Below are positions 22,233-32,946 of a stretch of DNA of 64,000 bases, piece after piece (positions within the stretch are counted from its first letter, which is position 1; the number at the start of each line of letters is the position of its first letter). The position numbers were made by a program, and so were the translations under genes. The stretch is taken from positions 256,001-320,000 of the forward strand of contig CBDFLQ010000005.1 in assembly GCA_965249275.1 (NCBI GenBank). The letters run 5' to 3'. The DNA is from Dehalococcoidia bacterium. GTDB taxonomy: Bacteria; Chloroflexota; Dehalococcoidia; Plut-88900. The notes under the pieces are model-generated. The model saw nothing but the letters and a program-made list of their open reading frames with translations, had not been told where the DNA came from and did no database searches.

Positions 22233-24155
22233 ATGAAAATAAGCACGATATTAAACCAGATAGATGCCGGAGCCATCGCACTACCGGTATTTCAGAGAGG
22301 TTACGTCTGGAATCGAGACCAAGTGAGAGGGTTGATGACATCCCTTTATAAGCGGCATCCTGTCGGCAGCCTGCTTACGTGGATCACTCGAACTGAAAAT
22401 GCAGATGCAAGGGGGGAGGGCCCTTTGCAGGCGGGATACGTAAAGCTGATTTTAGATGGACAGCAGCGTATAACCTCCCTATACGGAATTGACCGAGGAC
22501 ACGCGCCCCCCTTCTTTGAGGGAAACCCCGCGACGTTTACCGGTTTGTATTTCAACTTCATTAAGGAGGAATTCCAGTTCTACGCACCCATCCGGATGAG
22601 TCAGGAGGTCGGTTGGGTCAGCGTGACAGAGTTAATGCAAAAGAGCATAGACCCCTTTATTGAGATAATTCAGGCCGATCCGAGCCTTGCAGGCCAATTA
22701 GGAACATACATTGGAAGACTGAACAAGATTTTCACTATTGGCGACATTGAACTACACGCTGAAGACGTTACGGGCGAGGATAAATCCGTGGACGACGTAG
22801 TGGAGATATTCAATCGAGTCAACAGCGGTGGCACAAAACTGACCAAAGGTGACCTCGCACTGGCAAAGATATGCGCAGCCTGGCCAGATGCCCGCAAAGA
22901 AATGAACGCCCGACTGGACAAATGGGGGAAAGCCGGATTCTATTTCAGTCTCGATTGGCTTCTTCGTTGTGTAAATAGCCTAGTCACAGGGGAGGCTCTC
23001 TTTGCAGCTCTCGACAAAGTCAGCGCCGTAGCCATTCAAGAAGGGTTGAAGAGGAGTGAAAAACATATCGACTATTTGCTCAACTTGATTGCATCAAGGC
23101 TCGGTCTTGACCACAGCCGCGTCCTCAAGAGCGTTTTTGCTTTCCCGTTGATGATTAAATATCTGGACAAAAGGGGTGGAACCTTAGCCAATCACAAGGA
23201 GCGAGACCGGTTGTTGTACTGGTACATTCACACTCTGCTGTGGGGTCGCTATTCCACTTCCACCGAAACAGTATTGAATCAAGACCTGGAAGCCATTGAG
23301 AATATAGAAGGAGGTCTCGATAGACTTGTGGCGGGGCTTCGCCGGGATAGGGGCGACCTCACAGTTACACCTGTTGATTTCGATCAATGGAGCATGGGAT
23401 CCCGCTTTTACCCGCTGCTTTACATGCTAACGCGGGTTAGTCATGCGAGGGATTGGGATACCGGAATCGAGTTATCCAGCAATCTACTGGGCATACACAG
23501 CAATCTCGAGTTGCACCATATTTTCCCTAAGGCAAGGCTGTATGAAGCGGGGTACGCCAAAGCCGAGGTGAACGCTTTAGCGAACTTCACTTTCTTGACC
23601 AAGGAAACCAACCTTAAGGTATGGGCCAGGTATCCTTCCGAATACATACCGGCCTTCCTCGAACAGTATCCCGGCGCAATTGAGTCTCACTGGATACCAA
23701 TGGACCCGGAGCTTTGGGAAATCGAAAACTACCCCAAGTTCCTGGAAGCAAGGCGAGCATTGCTGGCGAATGCTACTAACGACCTCCTTCGCGGTCTATA
23801 TGAAGGATCAGCGCCGGAAGGCGTTGTCGTTCCGATGGGAGGAATTGCGGGTAAGGAAGAAGAGCAAGTGCTCCTCGACATCAATATATGGATCAGTGAA
23901 CTAGGCCTTCCCGAAGGTGAATTCGGCTACGAAGTTACAGACATGGCAACCGGCGAACTGCTGGCGACTCTAGATCTGGCATGGCCGAACGGTATGCAGG
24001 AAGGATACAGTCAACCGGTAGCCTTGCTGATCGACGAGCCTGAAGAAGTGTGGCACCGCGCTAGCCACGCCGGATTTCGCGCATTCACGGATGTGGAATC
24101 CATTAAAGCCTACGTGGACGATGAAATCTTGAGAGTGAAAGAGTCAGCGGCGTAA
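22233..24155 (+). CDS. DUF262 + HNH (GmrSD-like) putative modification-dependent restriction endonuclease
   Basis: LPVFQRGYVW, DGQQR, FNRVNSGGTKL, LELHHIFPK...NALANFTFL. Confidence 0.82.
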   Translation: MKISTILNQIDAGAIALPVFQRGYVWNRDQVRGLMTSLYKRHPVGSLLTWITRTENADARGEGPLQAGYVKLILDGQQRITSLYGIDRGHAPPFFEGNPATFTGLYFNFIKEEFQFYAPIRMSQEVGWVSVTELMQKSIDPFIEIIQADPSLAGQLGTYIGRLNKIFTIGDIELHAEDVTGEDKSVDDVVEIFNRVNSGGTKLTKGDLALAKICAAWPDARKEMNARLDKWGKAGFYFSLDWLLRCVNSLVTGEALFAALDKVSAVAIQEGLKRSEKHIDYLLNLIASRLGLDHSRVLKSVFAFPLMIKYLDKRGGTLANHKERDRLLYWYIHTLLWGRYSTSTETVLNQDLEAIENIEGGLDRLVAGLRRDRGDLTVTPVDFDQWSMGSRFYPLLYMLTRVSHARDWDTGIELSSNLLGIHSNLELHHIFPKARLYEAGYAKAEVNALANFTFLTKETNLKVWARYPSEYIPAFLEQYPGAIESHWIPMDPELWEIENYPKFLEARRALLANATNDLLRGLYEGSAPEGVVVPMGGIAGKEEEQVLLDINIWISELGLPEGEFGYEVTDMATGELLATLDLAWPNGMQEGYSQPVALLIDEPEEVWHRASHAGFRAFTDVESIKAYVDDEILRVKESAA

Positions 24156-24187
24156 GGGTCTTTGCCCCTAACTAGCCCTGTTGTCGA

Positions 24188-25495
24188 CTAAAGCTTGAGC
24201 AGGGACTCCAGCCTTTTGCGGGCGCGGGTGGGGCCTACTACTGTTAGGTTGAGTTTTTCGGTGCGGAGGAGGGTATCGGTGACGCGGCGGACGTCCTCCA
24301 GGGTGACGGCGTCGACGCGGCGGACGACTTCGTCGATCATCAGGACCTGGCCGGTGACCATCTCCTGGGCGCCAAACCAACCGGCCACGCTACGGGTGTC
24401 CTCGGTGCGGAGGAGCAGGCGGCCTTTGACCAGCTCTTTGGACTTTTCGAGCTCAGACTCGGTGATGCCCTCTTTGAGCTTCTGAAGCTCGTTCATTATG
24501 CCGGCGAGGGTCTCGTTGGTGCGGGAGGGGTCGACGCCCGCGGCTACGCAGAGAGTGCCGCAGTCCAGGTAGTGGTTGTTGTAGCTGTAAACATTGTAGG
24601 TCAACCCCCGGTTCTCCCTCAACTCAACGAAGAGCCGGCTGCTCATGCCATCTCCGAGGACGACGTTCAGAAGGTCAAGCGCGTAGCGGTCCGGGTGGTT
24701 GACGGCCAGGCCCCTGACGGCGAGGCTCAAGTGGACCTGCTCAATCTTCCGGTACTCGACGTGCAGCCTCGGGGAGTTCTGATCGTCGGGGGCTGGGGTA
24801 AAGGTGCGAGGCTCGACGGGCTGCCAACCGTTCAGGCGGGAGGCAAGGGCCTCGACAACCTCGTCATGGTCCACTGCCCCTGCGACGGAGACCACCGTGT
24901 TGTTCGGCGAGTAGTGGGCGGTGAAGTAATTTAGGAGCTGGTCACGGGTGATGGAGTTAATCGAGTCTCGGGTCCCGCCGATGTCCCTTCCCAAGGGGTG
25001 ATCGGGCCAGACGATCTGGTCGAGCAGTACCTCCCCCCACTGGTTGGGGGCGTCCTTGACCATGTTCAGTTCTTCGAGGATGACGCGTCGTTCTTTCTCG
25101 ATGTCCTCGGAGTCGAAGCGGGAGTTGCGGAGCATGTCGACGAGGAGGTCAAGGGCCTCGGGAAAGTGGGGAAGGGCAACCTTGGCCCAGTAGGTGGTTA
25201 CTTCCTGGTCGGTGCTGCCATTGAGAGAGCCACCTACGCCCTCGACGGGCTCGGATATCTGCTGAGGCAGGCGCCGCTTCTCTGTTCCCTTAAAGCAAAG
25301 GTGCTCGATGAAGTGGGAGATGCCAGCTTCGTTGTCGGCTTCGTATCGGGACCCGGTGCCAACGAGGATTATCATGCTCGCCGAGCGGGTGTGGGGCATG
25401 TTGCAGGTTATGATCCTCAGACCCGAGTCCAGGGTGGTCTTTCGGTAGGTCTGGTCGGCGACGGAGGGGGCGGTTTGAGTTTCAGCCAAGGGCAT
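24188..25495 (-). CDS. M16 family zinc peptidase
   Basis: HFIEH (HxxEH), SSRLFVELRENRGL. Confidence 0.93.
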   Translation of the reverse strand: MPLAETQTAPSVADQTYRKTTLDSGLRIITCNMPHTRSASMIILVGTGSRYEADNEAGISHFIEHLCFKGTEKRRLPQQISEPVEGVGGSLNGSTDQEVTTYWAKVALPHFPEALDLLVDMLRNSRFDSEDIEKERRVILEELNMVKDAPNQWGEVLLDQIVWPDHPLGRDIGGTRDSINSITRDQLLNYFTAHYSPNNTVVSVAGAVDHDEVVEALASRLNGWQPVEPRTFTPAPDDQNSPRLHVEYRKIEQVHLSLAVRGLAVNHPDRYALDLLNVVLGDGMSSRLFVELRENRGLTYNVYSYNNHYLDCGTLCVAAGVDPSRTNETLAGIMNELQKLKEGITESELEKSKELVKGRLLLRTEDTRSVAGWFGAQEMVTGQVLMIDEVVRRVDAVTLEDVRRVTDTLLRTEKLNLTVVGPTRARKRLESLLKL

Positions 25496-25559
25496 CTAGG
25501 AACCTCCAGAAGTGTGCCGAGGCACGGGTCCGCGGGAATGGTGGGGGCGGATTTACCAT

Positions 25560-25715
25560 CGTGGGCCACCCCCCGCTCGACCCTTCGACGGGGCTCAGGG
25601 TGAGCGGCCCTGTCACGGGGAATGGGATCACCCTCACTCTAGCCCCCTCCCATCGAGGGAGAGGGAACAGGAGGGAGCCCCGCCCCAGATCCCTCGCAGG
25701 GCCTCGGGATGACAG
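25560..25715. repeat. REP-like cluster (families B, D, A)
   Basis: Same palindromic units as at 16.1-16.5 kb. Confidence 0.8.
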
Positions 25716-25734
25716 GGACGACAGGGCGCCGGGA

Positions 25735-26373
25735 TCAAGAGTCCCAGGAGACGTGGCCGTGGATGTCGTCAGGGTGGGAGCGTGACTTGAAGCCGGCGTG
25801 GAGGCGTTTGCCCTCACTGAGGATGCCTTCTTCACCGTGGCCCGGGTAGATGTTTGTGTCGTCGTCCAGGACGAGGAGTTTGCTCTCGACATTACCGAGA
25901 AGTTGCTGGAAGTTCTCGGGGCTGGTGGTGTAGCCGGGACCACCGGGGAAAAGGGTGTCGCCGCTGAAAAGGTGCTTGCCCCAGATAAGGGAAGTTGCGC
26001 CGGGGGTGTGGCCGGGGTTGTGGATGGTCCTGAATGTGATATTCCCGAAGGAGAAGGCACCCTCGTCTTCCAAGTGCTTATCAGCCTTGACGGGAAGCTC
26101 GCCTTCGTCGTCAGGGTGGACTACCAGAGGCACGCCGAGGGCGTCCTTGAGGGTCTGGGCGCCATCGATGTGGTCGAAGTGGGTGTGAGTGAATAGTACG
26201 GCCTGGACGTTGGTGTCCTTGGCCTGATCGAGGACGCGCTCGGGCTCGGCGGGGGCGTCGATGATTACGCTCTCGTTGGTCTTGGGACAGACGACGAGGT
26301 AAGCGTTGTTTTCGTAGTCGCCAGTGACGATCTTCCTGATCTCGATATCTTCGTCCTTGTGCAGTACGGCCAT
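25735..26373 (-). CDS. MBL-fold metallo-hydrolase
   Basis: THTHFDH, PGHTPG, GD, PGHG. Confidence 0.92.
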   Translation of the reverse strand: MAVLHKDEDIEIRKIVTGDYENNAYLVVCPKTNESVIIDAPAEPERVLDQAKDTNVQAVLFTHTHFDHIDGAQTLKDALGVPLVVHPDDEGELPVKADKHLEDEGAFSFGNITFRTIHNPGHTPGATSLIWGKHLFSGDTLFPGGPGYTTSPENFQQLLGNVESKLLVLDDDTNIYPGHGEEGILSEGKRLHAGFKSRSHPDDIHGHVSWDS

Positions 26374-26479
26374 GATGTCCTCCAGAGGCGGCGTGTGCGG
26401 TGGTCAAGGGGTGGTGGTTGTGGGAGAAAGCTTAGCAAATGGGGGGTGGGGGTGCAATGGGGTAGAGGGGTGGGGACAA

Positions 26480-26827
26480 CCCCCAGCCCCAGATTCCTCG
26501 CGGGGCTTCGGAATGACAGAGAACGAGACGCCAGAGGGGTTGAGCGGATTTGACGTATTGGCAGTGCGGGGCCACCCCCCGCTCGACCCTTCGACTTGGC
26601 TCAGGGTGAGCGGCCCCTCACAGGGAGGGCGACCACGGGTGTTGCCTGTAGGGCGGAGAGGTGCGTTGGGAGCCAGGATTCCCGATCGGGGGCCGGAACT
26701 ACGGAAGGGTGGGGGTTAAGCGGATTTGACGTATTGGCAGTGCGGGGCCGCCCGCCGCTCGACCCTTCGATTTGGCTCAGGGTGAGCGGCCCCTCCCCAC
26801 GGGATGGATTCCCGATCGGGGCGGGGG
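26480..26827. repeat. REP-like cluster with an internal direct duplication of about 80 bp
   Basis: AGCGGATTTGACGTATTGGCAGTGCGGGGCC...GCTCAGGGTGAGCGGCCCCTC at about 26543 and 26719. Confidence 0.85.
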
Positions 26828-27796
26828 TTAGAGGAGGGGGGCGACCTTGTTGGCCATGAGGTCCATCTGGTGCATGAGGGTGTCGTGGGGTTCGACGCCG
26901 TGGCGGACGAAGTCAAAGACGAAGTGGTCGAGTCCCGCGTCCAGGTAGTTTGAAATGCGCTCGGCGCTCTGTTCCGGTGAGCCGGCAACGGTGACGCTGG
27001 TCGTGTCCACGGCGTACTCCAGGTCCATGAGGCCCGAGAAGTATTCTTCGATCTCGGAGTCCGACATTTCTCTGCCATCGGTGACTGTGGAGTAGATCCA
27101 GGCGCTGACCTTGGCCCTCCGGCCCCATTTGCCGATGGGGGCTTCGCCGAGGCGAGGAAGGTATACGTCGCTTAGCTCGTCGAAGGTGGGCCAAGGTGGA
27201 TTGATGTACTCGCAGTAGCGTGCGGCGCGTGGGATGGACACTGAGCGGCCACCCCACCAGATGGGTGGATAGGGCTTCTGGACGGGTTTCGGCTCCATGG
27301 AAACGCCGTTTAGCTTGTAGAACTGGCCGTCGTAGGTGACTTCGTCCTCGGTCCAGAGGCGGGTAATGATTTCGAGCTGCTCGTCGGCGATGGCGCCACG
27401 TTTCCGTCGGTCGGCGCCCACGGCGTGGAAGGCTTCATCGACCATGCCAAGGCACATCCCTACTATGACCCTGCCGTTGGATATGACGTCCAGACTGGCG
27501 AAATACTTGGCCCAGTCAAAGGGAGGGAGATAGGGGAGGGGAATGGAATCGACGGCAATCCTGATTTTGGAAGTGGCAGCAATGATGGCGGGAAGGAGGA
27601 CACGGGCGTCGAGGATGCTCTTGTTGCCGAAGCGGCCAAAGGGGCCAGCGTCGGGGATGGCGTTCATCAGGGGGACGTTGACGGAGTAGAAGCCGAGCTT
27701 CTCGGCGTACTGGGCGGCCTCCACAACCTCGGTCATGGTCGGGGGTTTGCGGCCCCACGGGAAGACGGCGACGCTGAAGTGGTCCATGATGGGCAT
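26828..27796 (-). CDS. LLM-class flavin-dependent oxidoreductase
   Basis: AEKLGF, SLDVISNGR, PKPVQKPYPPIW. Confidence 0.9.
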   Translation of the reverse strand: MPIMDHFSVAVFPWGRKPPTMTEVVEAAQYAEKLGFYSVNVPLMNAIPDAGPFGRFGNKSILDARVLLPAIIAATSKIRIAVDSIPLPYLPPFDWAKYFASLDVISNGRVIVGMCLGMVDEAFHAVGADRRKRGAIADEQLEIITRLWTEDEVTYDGQFYKLNGVSMEPKPVQKPYPPIWWGGRSVSIPRAARYCEYINPPWPTFDELSDVYLPRLGEAPIGKWGRRAKVSAWIYSTVTDGREMSDSEIEEYFSGLMDLEYAVDTTSVTVAGSPEQSAERISNYLDAGLDHFVFDFVRHGVEPHDTLMHQMDLMANKVAPLL

Positions 27797-27954
27797 GTGG
27801 ATTTGCCTCCGGGCTTGTTTATTAGGGGGAGTATATCAGGAGGGATGGAATGGGACGCGTGAGTGGTATGAAGAAGTTCAGGGATACTGTGAGAGTAAGT
27901 GTTATGATCTGGCGACCGAATTTTGAATTGTTCATGTATTTCGAAAGGTGAAAA

Positions 27955-28293
27955 ATGGGAAAGTACGTAGCGCTCTATTACTCATCGCCTGAGGTTATGG
28001 AGTCGATGAAGAATGCCTCTCCGGAGGACATGCAGGAAGGCATTAAGTCCTGGATGGCCTGGGGCCAAAAGTGCGGGGACGGCATCGTCGACTTTGGCTC
28101 GCCGCTAGGGGGTGGGATGAAAGTTGGGAAGTCGAGAAGCTCGCCGAGCGGCAGCGGTGTGATGATGTACTCGATTTTGCAGGCGGAGAGTATGGAAGGG
28201 GCGCTGGCCCTTGTGCAGGACCACCCGCACTTGAGTTGGCCGGGCGACGGCGAGATCGAAGTTTACGAGTGCATGAATCTCCCGCCTATGTAG
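27955..28293 (+). CDS. YciI-like small protein
   Basis: WMAW, GSPL, YSILQAESMEGA, HPHL, IEVYE. Confidence 0.6.
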   Translation: MGKYVALYYSSPEVMESMKNASPEDMQEGIKSWMAWGQKCGDGIVDFGSPLGGGMKVGKSRSSPSGSGVMMYSILQAESMEGALALVQDHPHLSWPGDGEIEVYECMNLPPM

Positions 28294-28377
28294 GAGCGCG
28301 CTCCGAAGTCCTACCTCAACACATTCAGGGCCCTCTTAGTTACTCCGCGGGCTCGTGTCCCATCCCCCCTGAATAAA

Positions 28378-28414
28378 GAAACGTGGGAAACTGCTAAGCA
28401 GTTTCCCACGTTTC
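28378..28414. terminator. Long inverted repeat between convergent genes
   Basis: GAAACGTGGGAAACTGCT-A-AGCAGTTTCCCACGTTTC. Confidence 0.6.
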
Positions 28415-28448
28415 ATATATTTAAGAGCGGCAAGGCCCTTCGCACCTG

Positions 28449-30884
28449 CTAAGCCACTATATTCACCAGCCGACCCGGTACGTAGACGACTTTCCGAGGG
28501 CCGTTCTTCATGAAGGCCCTTATTCGCTCGCTGGATAGGGCTATTTTCTTCGCCTCTTCCTCGGTGATGCCCGCCGAGACGGTCACCCGGTCTCTGACCT
28601 TGCCGTTGACCTGCACAACGAGGGTGACCTCTTCCTCTGCGGCGAGGGCATCGTCCCATTGGGGGAAGGGTTGATTGTGAATGCTGTATTCGTAGTCTTT
28701 TGCGGCCCACAACTCCTCGGAGAGGTGGGGGGCGGTTGGGGCGAGCATCAGCAACAACGCCCTTATCGACTCTCTCCAAGTCTCCCCGTCCACCGACCCT
28801 TCATCCAGGGCTCGGGCGAGGTGGTTGGTGAACTCCATCAGCGAGGCTAGTGCAGTGTTGAAATGGAACCGATCCAGGTCCTGGTGCACCTTCCTGGTTG
28901 TCTTGTGCAGCATGTGAATCGTCTGCTTCGACGACTTACCCTGCCTCAATTCCGGGTCGTCACGTTCCGCCAGATCCCAGACCCGGTTGTACCAACGCAC
29001 TATCCCGTTTATCCCCTGGTCGACCCACTCTCCACCCTGGTCCCACGGCCCGATGAACATCAGGTATCCGCGAACGACGTCGGCGCCTACGGTGTCGACG
29101 TACTCATCTGGCGTGATGACGTTGCCCCGGGACTTACTCATCTTCTGCCTGTCGCTGATGATAATGCCCTGGTTGTAGAGCCTGACGAAGGGCTCGTCGA
29201 AGTCCAGCAAGCCGATATCCCGCAGGGCCTTGACGAAGAAGCGGGCGTAGAGGAGGTGCATTACCGCGTGCTCGGCGCCGCCGGTGTACTGGTCGACGGG
29301 CAGCCAGTGCTTGATCTCCTCGGGTTTGAAAGCCGAGTCCCCGGAGTTGGGGGAAGCGTACTTTAAGAAGTACCAGGAGGAGCACATGAATGTGTCCATG
29401 GTGTCGGTCTCCCGGCGAGCCGGGCCTCCACACTCGGGGCAGGTCGTATTCACAAACTCTTCGTGGAAGGTGAGAGGAGACTCTCCCGTGGGCCTGAACT
29501 CGGCGTCCTCCGGTAGCAGCACCGGAAGTTGGTCCTCGGGGATGGGGACTATGCCACAAGCATTGCAGTAGACCATGGGTATCGGGGCTCCCCAATACCG
29601 CTGGCGGGATATGAGCCAATCACGGATACGGTAAGAGACTGTGCCGCCACCGATGCCCTGCTCCTCCAAGGCTCTTGTAACCGCCTGCTTCCCATCTTCA
29701 TTCCCAAGGCCCACGAACTGTCCTGAGTTGACCATCTCGCCGGATCCCGTATAGGCCTCCACAAGGTCCTCGCCGCTCCATCCAGGCGGAGCGATTACCG
29801 TCCTTATGGGCAGGTCATATTTCTTGGCGTAGGCGAAGTCCCGGGTGTCGTGGGCGGGGACGCCCATGACGGCACCAGTGCCGTAGGTGAGGAGTGCGTA
29901 GTCGGCGATGAAGATGGGGACCTTCTCGCCGTTCAGCCGGTTGGTGCAGTAGGCTCCGATGAATACTCCCGTCTTCTCCTTGTCCGTAGCAAGCCGCTCA
30001 ATCTCGGAGCGCCGCCTCGTTTCCTCGACGTAGGCTTGCACCTCTTCCTTTTTGTCAGGAGTAGTGAGCTGGGCAACAAGCGGATGCTCTGGGGCGAGAA
30101 CCATGAAAGTCACGCCGAACACGGTGTCGGGGCGGGTGGTGAAGACCCGTATTTCTTTTTCTTCCAGCCCATACTCCTCGATGCTGAATGAGATCTCGGC
30201 ACCCTGGCTGCGGCCAATCCAGTTGGACTGCATTGTATTTATGCGGTCGGGCCACTGGATGCTGCTGAAGTCGAGGAGTTCGTCGGCGTACTTTGTGATC
30301 CTGAAGAACCACTGCTCGAGGTCTCTCCTGGTCACCGAGGCACTACAACGCTCGCAGGTACCGTCGGGGAGGACTTGCTCGTTTGCTAGGGTGGTCTGGC
30401 AGGTCGGGCACCAATTGGCCGGGGCCTTGTTCCGGTACGCGAGCCCTGCGTGGAACAGCTTGAGGAAAAGCCACTGAGTCCACTTGTAGTAATCTGGCAG
30501 GGATGTCACGACCTCACGGTCCCAGTCGTATACAGCGCCGATACGCTTGAGCTGGCGGCGCATGTTCTCGACGTTGCGCATGGTCCACAAATGGGGATGA
30601 ATGCCGTTCTTGATGGCGGCATTCTCGGCCGGGAGTCCGAAGGCGTCGAAGCCCATGGGGTGGAGAACGTTGTAGCCCTGCATGCGCTTGAAACGGGCGT
30701 GGACGTCCGCGGGGGCCATGGCGTACCAGTGGCCGATGTGCAGGTTCCCGGAGGTGTACGGGAACATGGTCAGCTCATACCACTTGGGCTTGTCGGGGTC
30801 TTCCTGGACGCGGTACAGCCGGTCCTCAATCCACCTCTGCTGCCACTTGGTCTCTATTGCAGACGGGTCGTATCTGAGGGGCAT
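28449..30884 (-). CDS. leuS: Leucine--tRNA ligase
   Basis: MFPYTSGNLHIGH, KMSKS, CP1 editing motif FTTRPDT, SRQRYWG. Confidence 0.97.
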   Translation of the reverse strand: MPLRYDPSAIETKWQQRWIEDRLYRVQEDPDKPKWYELTMFPYTSGNLHIGHWYAMAPADVHARFKRMQGYNVLHPMGFDAFGLPAENAAIKNGIHPHLWTMRNVENMRRQLKRIGAVYDWDREVVTSLPDYYKWTQWLFLKLFHAGLAYRNKAPANWCPTCQTTLANEQVLPDGTCERCSASVTRRDLEQWFFRITKYADELLDFSSIQWPDRINTMQSNWIGRSQGAEISFSIEEYGLEEKEIRVFTTRPDTVFGVTFMVLAPEHPLVAQLTTPDKKEEVQAYVEETRRRSEIERLATDKEKTGVFIGAYCTNRLNGEKVPIFIADYALLTYGTGAVMGVPAHDTRDFAYAKKYDLPIRTVIAPPGWSGEDLVEAYTGSGEMVNSGQFVGLGNEDGKQAVTRALEEQGIGGGTVSYRIRDWLISRQRYWGAPIPMVYCNACGIVPIPEDQLPVLLPEDAEFRPTGESPLTFHEEFVNTTCPECGGPARRETDTMDTFMCSSWYFLKYASPNSGDSAFKPEEIKHWLPVDQYTGGAEHAVMHLLYARFFVKALRDIGLLDFDEPFVRLYNQGIIISDRQKMSKSRGNVITPDEYVDTVGADVVRGYLMFIGPWDQGGEWVDQGINGIVRWYNRVWDLAERDDPELRQGKSSKQTIHMLHKTTRKVHQDLDRFHFNTALASLMEFTNHLARALDEGSVDGETWRESIRALLLMLAPTAPHLSEELWAAKDYEYSIHNQPFPQWDDALAAEEEVTLVVQVNGKVRDRVTVSAGITEEEAKKIALSSERIRAFMKNGPRKVVYVPGRLVNIVA

Positions 30885-30999
30885 TAAACTGTCCGTTCTC
30901 CTAAGTGCGAATCCTCCCGACAATCGCAAAAGCTACCACGGGGGGCGGGGGGGCGCAAGGATGGGCACTCGGTCGGTAGGGTAGTGGCCACCGGGTTTT

Positions 31000-31657
31000 C
31001 TTCAGTCCTCCTGAGGCGGATCTTCGATTGTGGGGTTTGGGTTTTGGTTTCGGTTTGATTTGTTTGGGAGGGGGCAGGCGATGGAAGGTCCGGGACTAGA
31101 AACCAGGCCGGGGGTAGCTGCCGAGCCGTCGGCGCCGGGCTGGATTATCCCCACACGTTGCCGGCTGTGGTCAGGGTTGTGTGGGGCAGATCCCAAATCG
31201 TGAGCGGCACATGACCGGACCGCTGACGTGGAAGATGCCGCCTGAGGCGGTCTTTCAGAACCGGCGTCCCGGTGCATCCGCCGGGTAGACGGGTGGCAGG
31301 GACGGCGGGACAAACAAGGACACGAGGGCCTTGCTAAACCGGGGGTCGGTTGACCTACCGGGAAAACCGGCGCGCAATGGGCCGGGGTAAACGCACCCGA
31401 TGATGGGGGGCGTTGAATCGGCAGGGGCGTCCTTGGACGGGGCCTGCCGAGCAGAGTCTGTGGACATTCCATCGCCTGGAAGTAGGGGAAGGGATAGCCG
31501 GGGCCCTTGTAAAGAGGAGATGGCGGCGTTTGCTTGAGCCGCAGGCCGCGAGACGACCATTGGGATGGGCTGGGACGTTGAGTCCTCGGGTGGGTCGGGT
31601 GGGCTTCCCCCTAGGTTTTTGGTTCCTCCTTGAGATAGTTAGGGTGGTGTTCGAACG
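31000..31657 (-). ncRNA. Candidate large structured RNA, copy 3
   Basis: Homologous to copy 2 at both ends; arms 31462-31478 and 31075-31091; different hairpin-rich interior. Confidence 0.55.
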
Positions 31658-31663
31658 GTGGGG

Positions 31664-31707
31664 ATAGTAGCACGGGTGTTCAGGTAGAGTCAAGGGGTTC
31701 GTGTCAC
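31664..31707 (-). promoter_or_regulatory. Sigma70-type promoter with LexA-like box
   Basis: GTGACAC-N7-TTGACT-N18-TACTAT; the spacer contains GAAC-ACCC-GTGC. Confidence 0.65.
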
Positions 31708-31737
31708 ACTTGGGGGGACACCGCCCCAGCCCCACAG

Positions 31738-31895
31738 GGGAACCCTCACCCCCTTGATCCCCCTCTCCCTTAGGGCCATTAAGGGAGAGGGGGAAATAAG
31801 AATAGAGGTCCACGTGCGTGCCCTGCACGCACGTGGACCTCTAATTCAGTACTTGGGGGAGGGGGATGGATTCCCGATCGGGGTCGGGAATGACG
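31738..31895. repeat. Family D two-hairpin repeat plus a family C unit
   Basis: Matches 19645-19770. Confidence 0.8.
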
Positions 31896-32193
31896 GGGAG
31901 TGGGGGAAGGTTGACGGGTGTCGGGGGTGGGGATAGGGTGGGGGGTTAGGGGCCATAAGCATAGGATATATGCTGGCCACAATAACTACCCATCACTCTA
32001 TCAAAAGGGAATATTATTCTCGGATTTTAGAAAGCCAATCCCGTATCTTCTGTTCCATTACTGGATCTGGAGGCTGACTAAACAATTCTAGGTAGGGACG
32101 TTATTTTATGTTAATCACCGAACCCTCCACACTTGGTGAAACCCGCTCCCGGCTACTAACCCCGTCTCCCCACAAATAGCGAAGGTAAGAACG

Positions 32194-32946
32194 ATGCCGA
32201 TTACCGTGTTTCCCGAATATCAACAGGCATGCAAGATATGTGGACGTCGCATGGATGATTTAAGCAACTTGCGCGCTGTGATTGACGAGACACGGGAATG
32301 GATGAGTGGTGACCGAACCCCAGAGCGGCCTACACAGAATCGTGAACAGATGGAAGACATAACTGTCAAATATCAAGAAATTTATGGGGCGTTGTATGAG
32401 GCTTTACAATTCGCAGAGACAGTATTGTTCAACTGTGACGGTAATATGATTATCGCTGCCAGAGCTAATGCGCGAATGACGATGGACAGGTTTATGGCAG
32501 TTCAGCATATTATTGAGATAGGATTGGCATCGTGGGAACGATATCAGTATAAGCGAGGTATAGAGAACCTAAAAGACTACCCACACCACTTCGCTGACAT
32601 CGTGATACAAGCTCTAGAAGCTCGCTTGGCACAATTATCCAAACAAGGTACTGTCGCCTCATCATATAAACCAAATAAGCAAGACTGGTATCCGCAGTAC
32701 GCCGACTTATCACGATTCGGTGTACATTTCGAGATGGGCGCAGAAGGCGACCGAAAATCCGCAGATTATGGCCAGTTAGTAGGAGTCACGCATTTTTGTG
32801 TATGTGGTATCAGGGAGTACATGGAACCTGTGTGGGTAGAATATCGCGTAAACAGAAAGCCTATATGTGGGGTTCAAGTAGGGGCTGGCGTGGGGAGTCA
32901 ATGGCGAAAAAGGGAATTTAGGAGAGAAAGTCATGATACGAAATAG
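32194..32946 (+). CDS. Hypothetical protein (AT-richer than neighbours)
   Basis: 250-aa ORF with plausible composition and a GAAGG RBS; no family recognised. Confidence 0.6.
   Translation: MPITVFPEYQQACKICGRRMDDLSNLRAVIDETREWMSGDRTPERPTQNREQMEDITVKYQEIYGALYEALQFAETVLFNCDGNMIIAARANARMTMDRFMAVQHIIEIGLASWERYQYKRGIENLKDYPHHFADIVIQALEARLAQLSKQGTVASSYKPNKQDWYPQYADLSRFGVHFEMGAEGDRKSADYGQLVGVTHFCVCGIREYMEPVWVEYRVNRKPICGVQVGAGVGSQWRKREFRRESHDTK

Noticed and set aside
30890-31660. T-box leader for leuS
   Set aside because: No GGTGGNACCGCG antiterminator, Leu specifier or terminator found on the minus strand.
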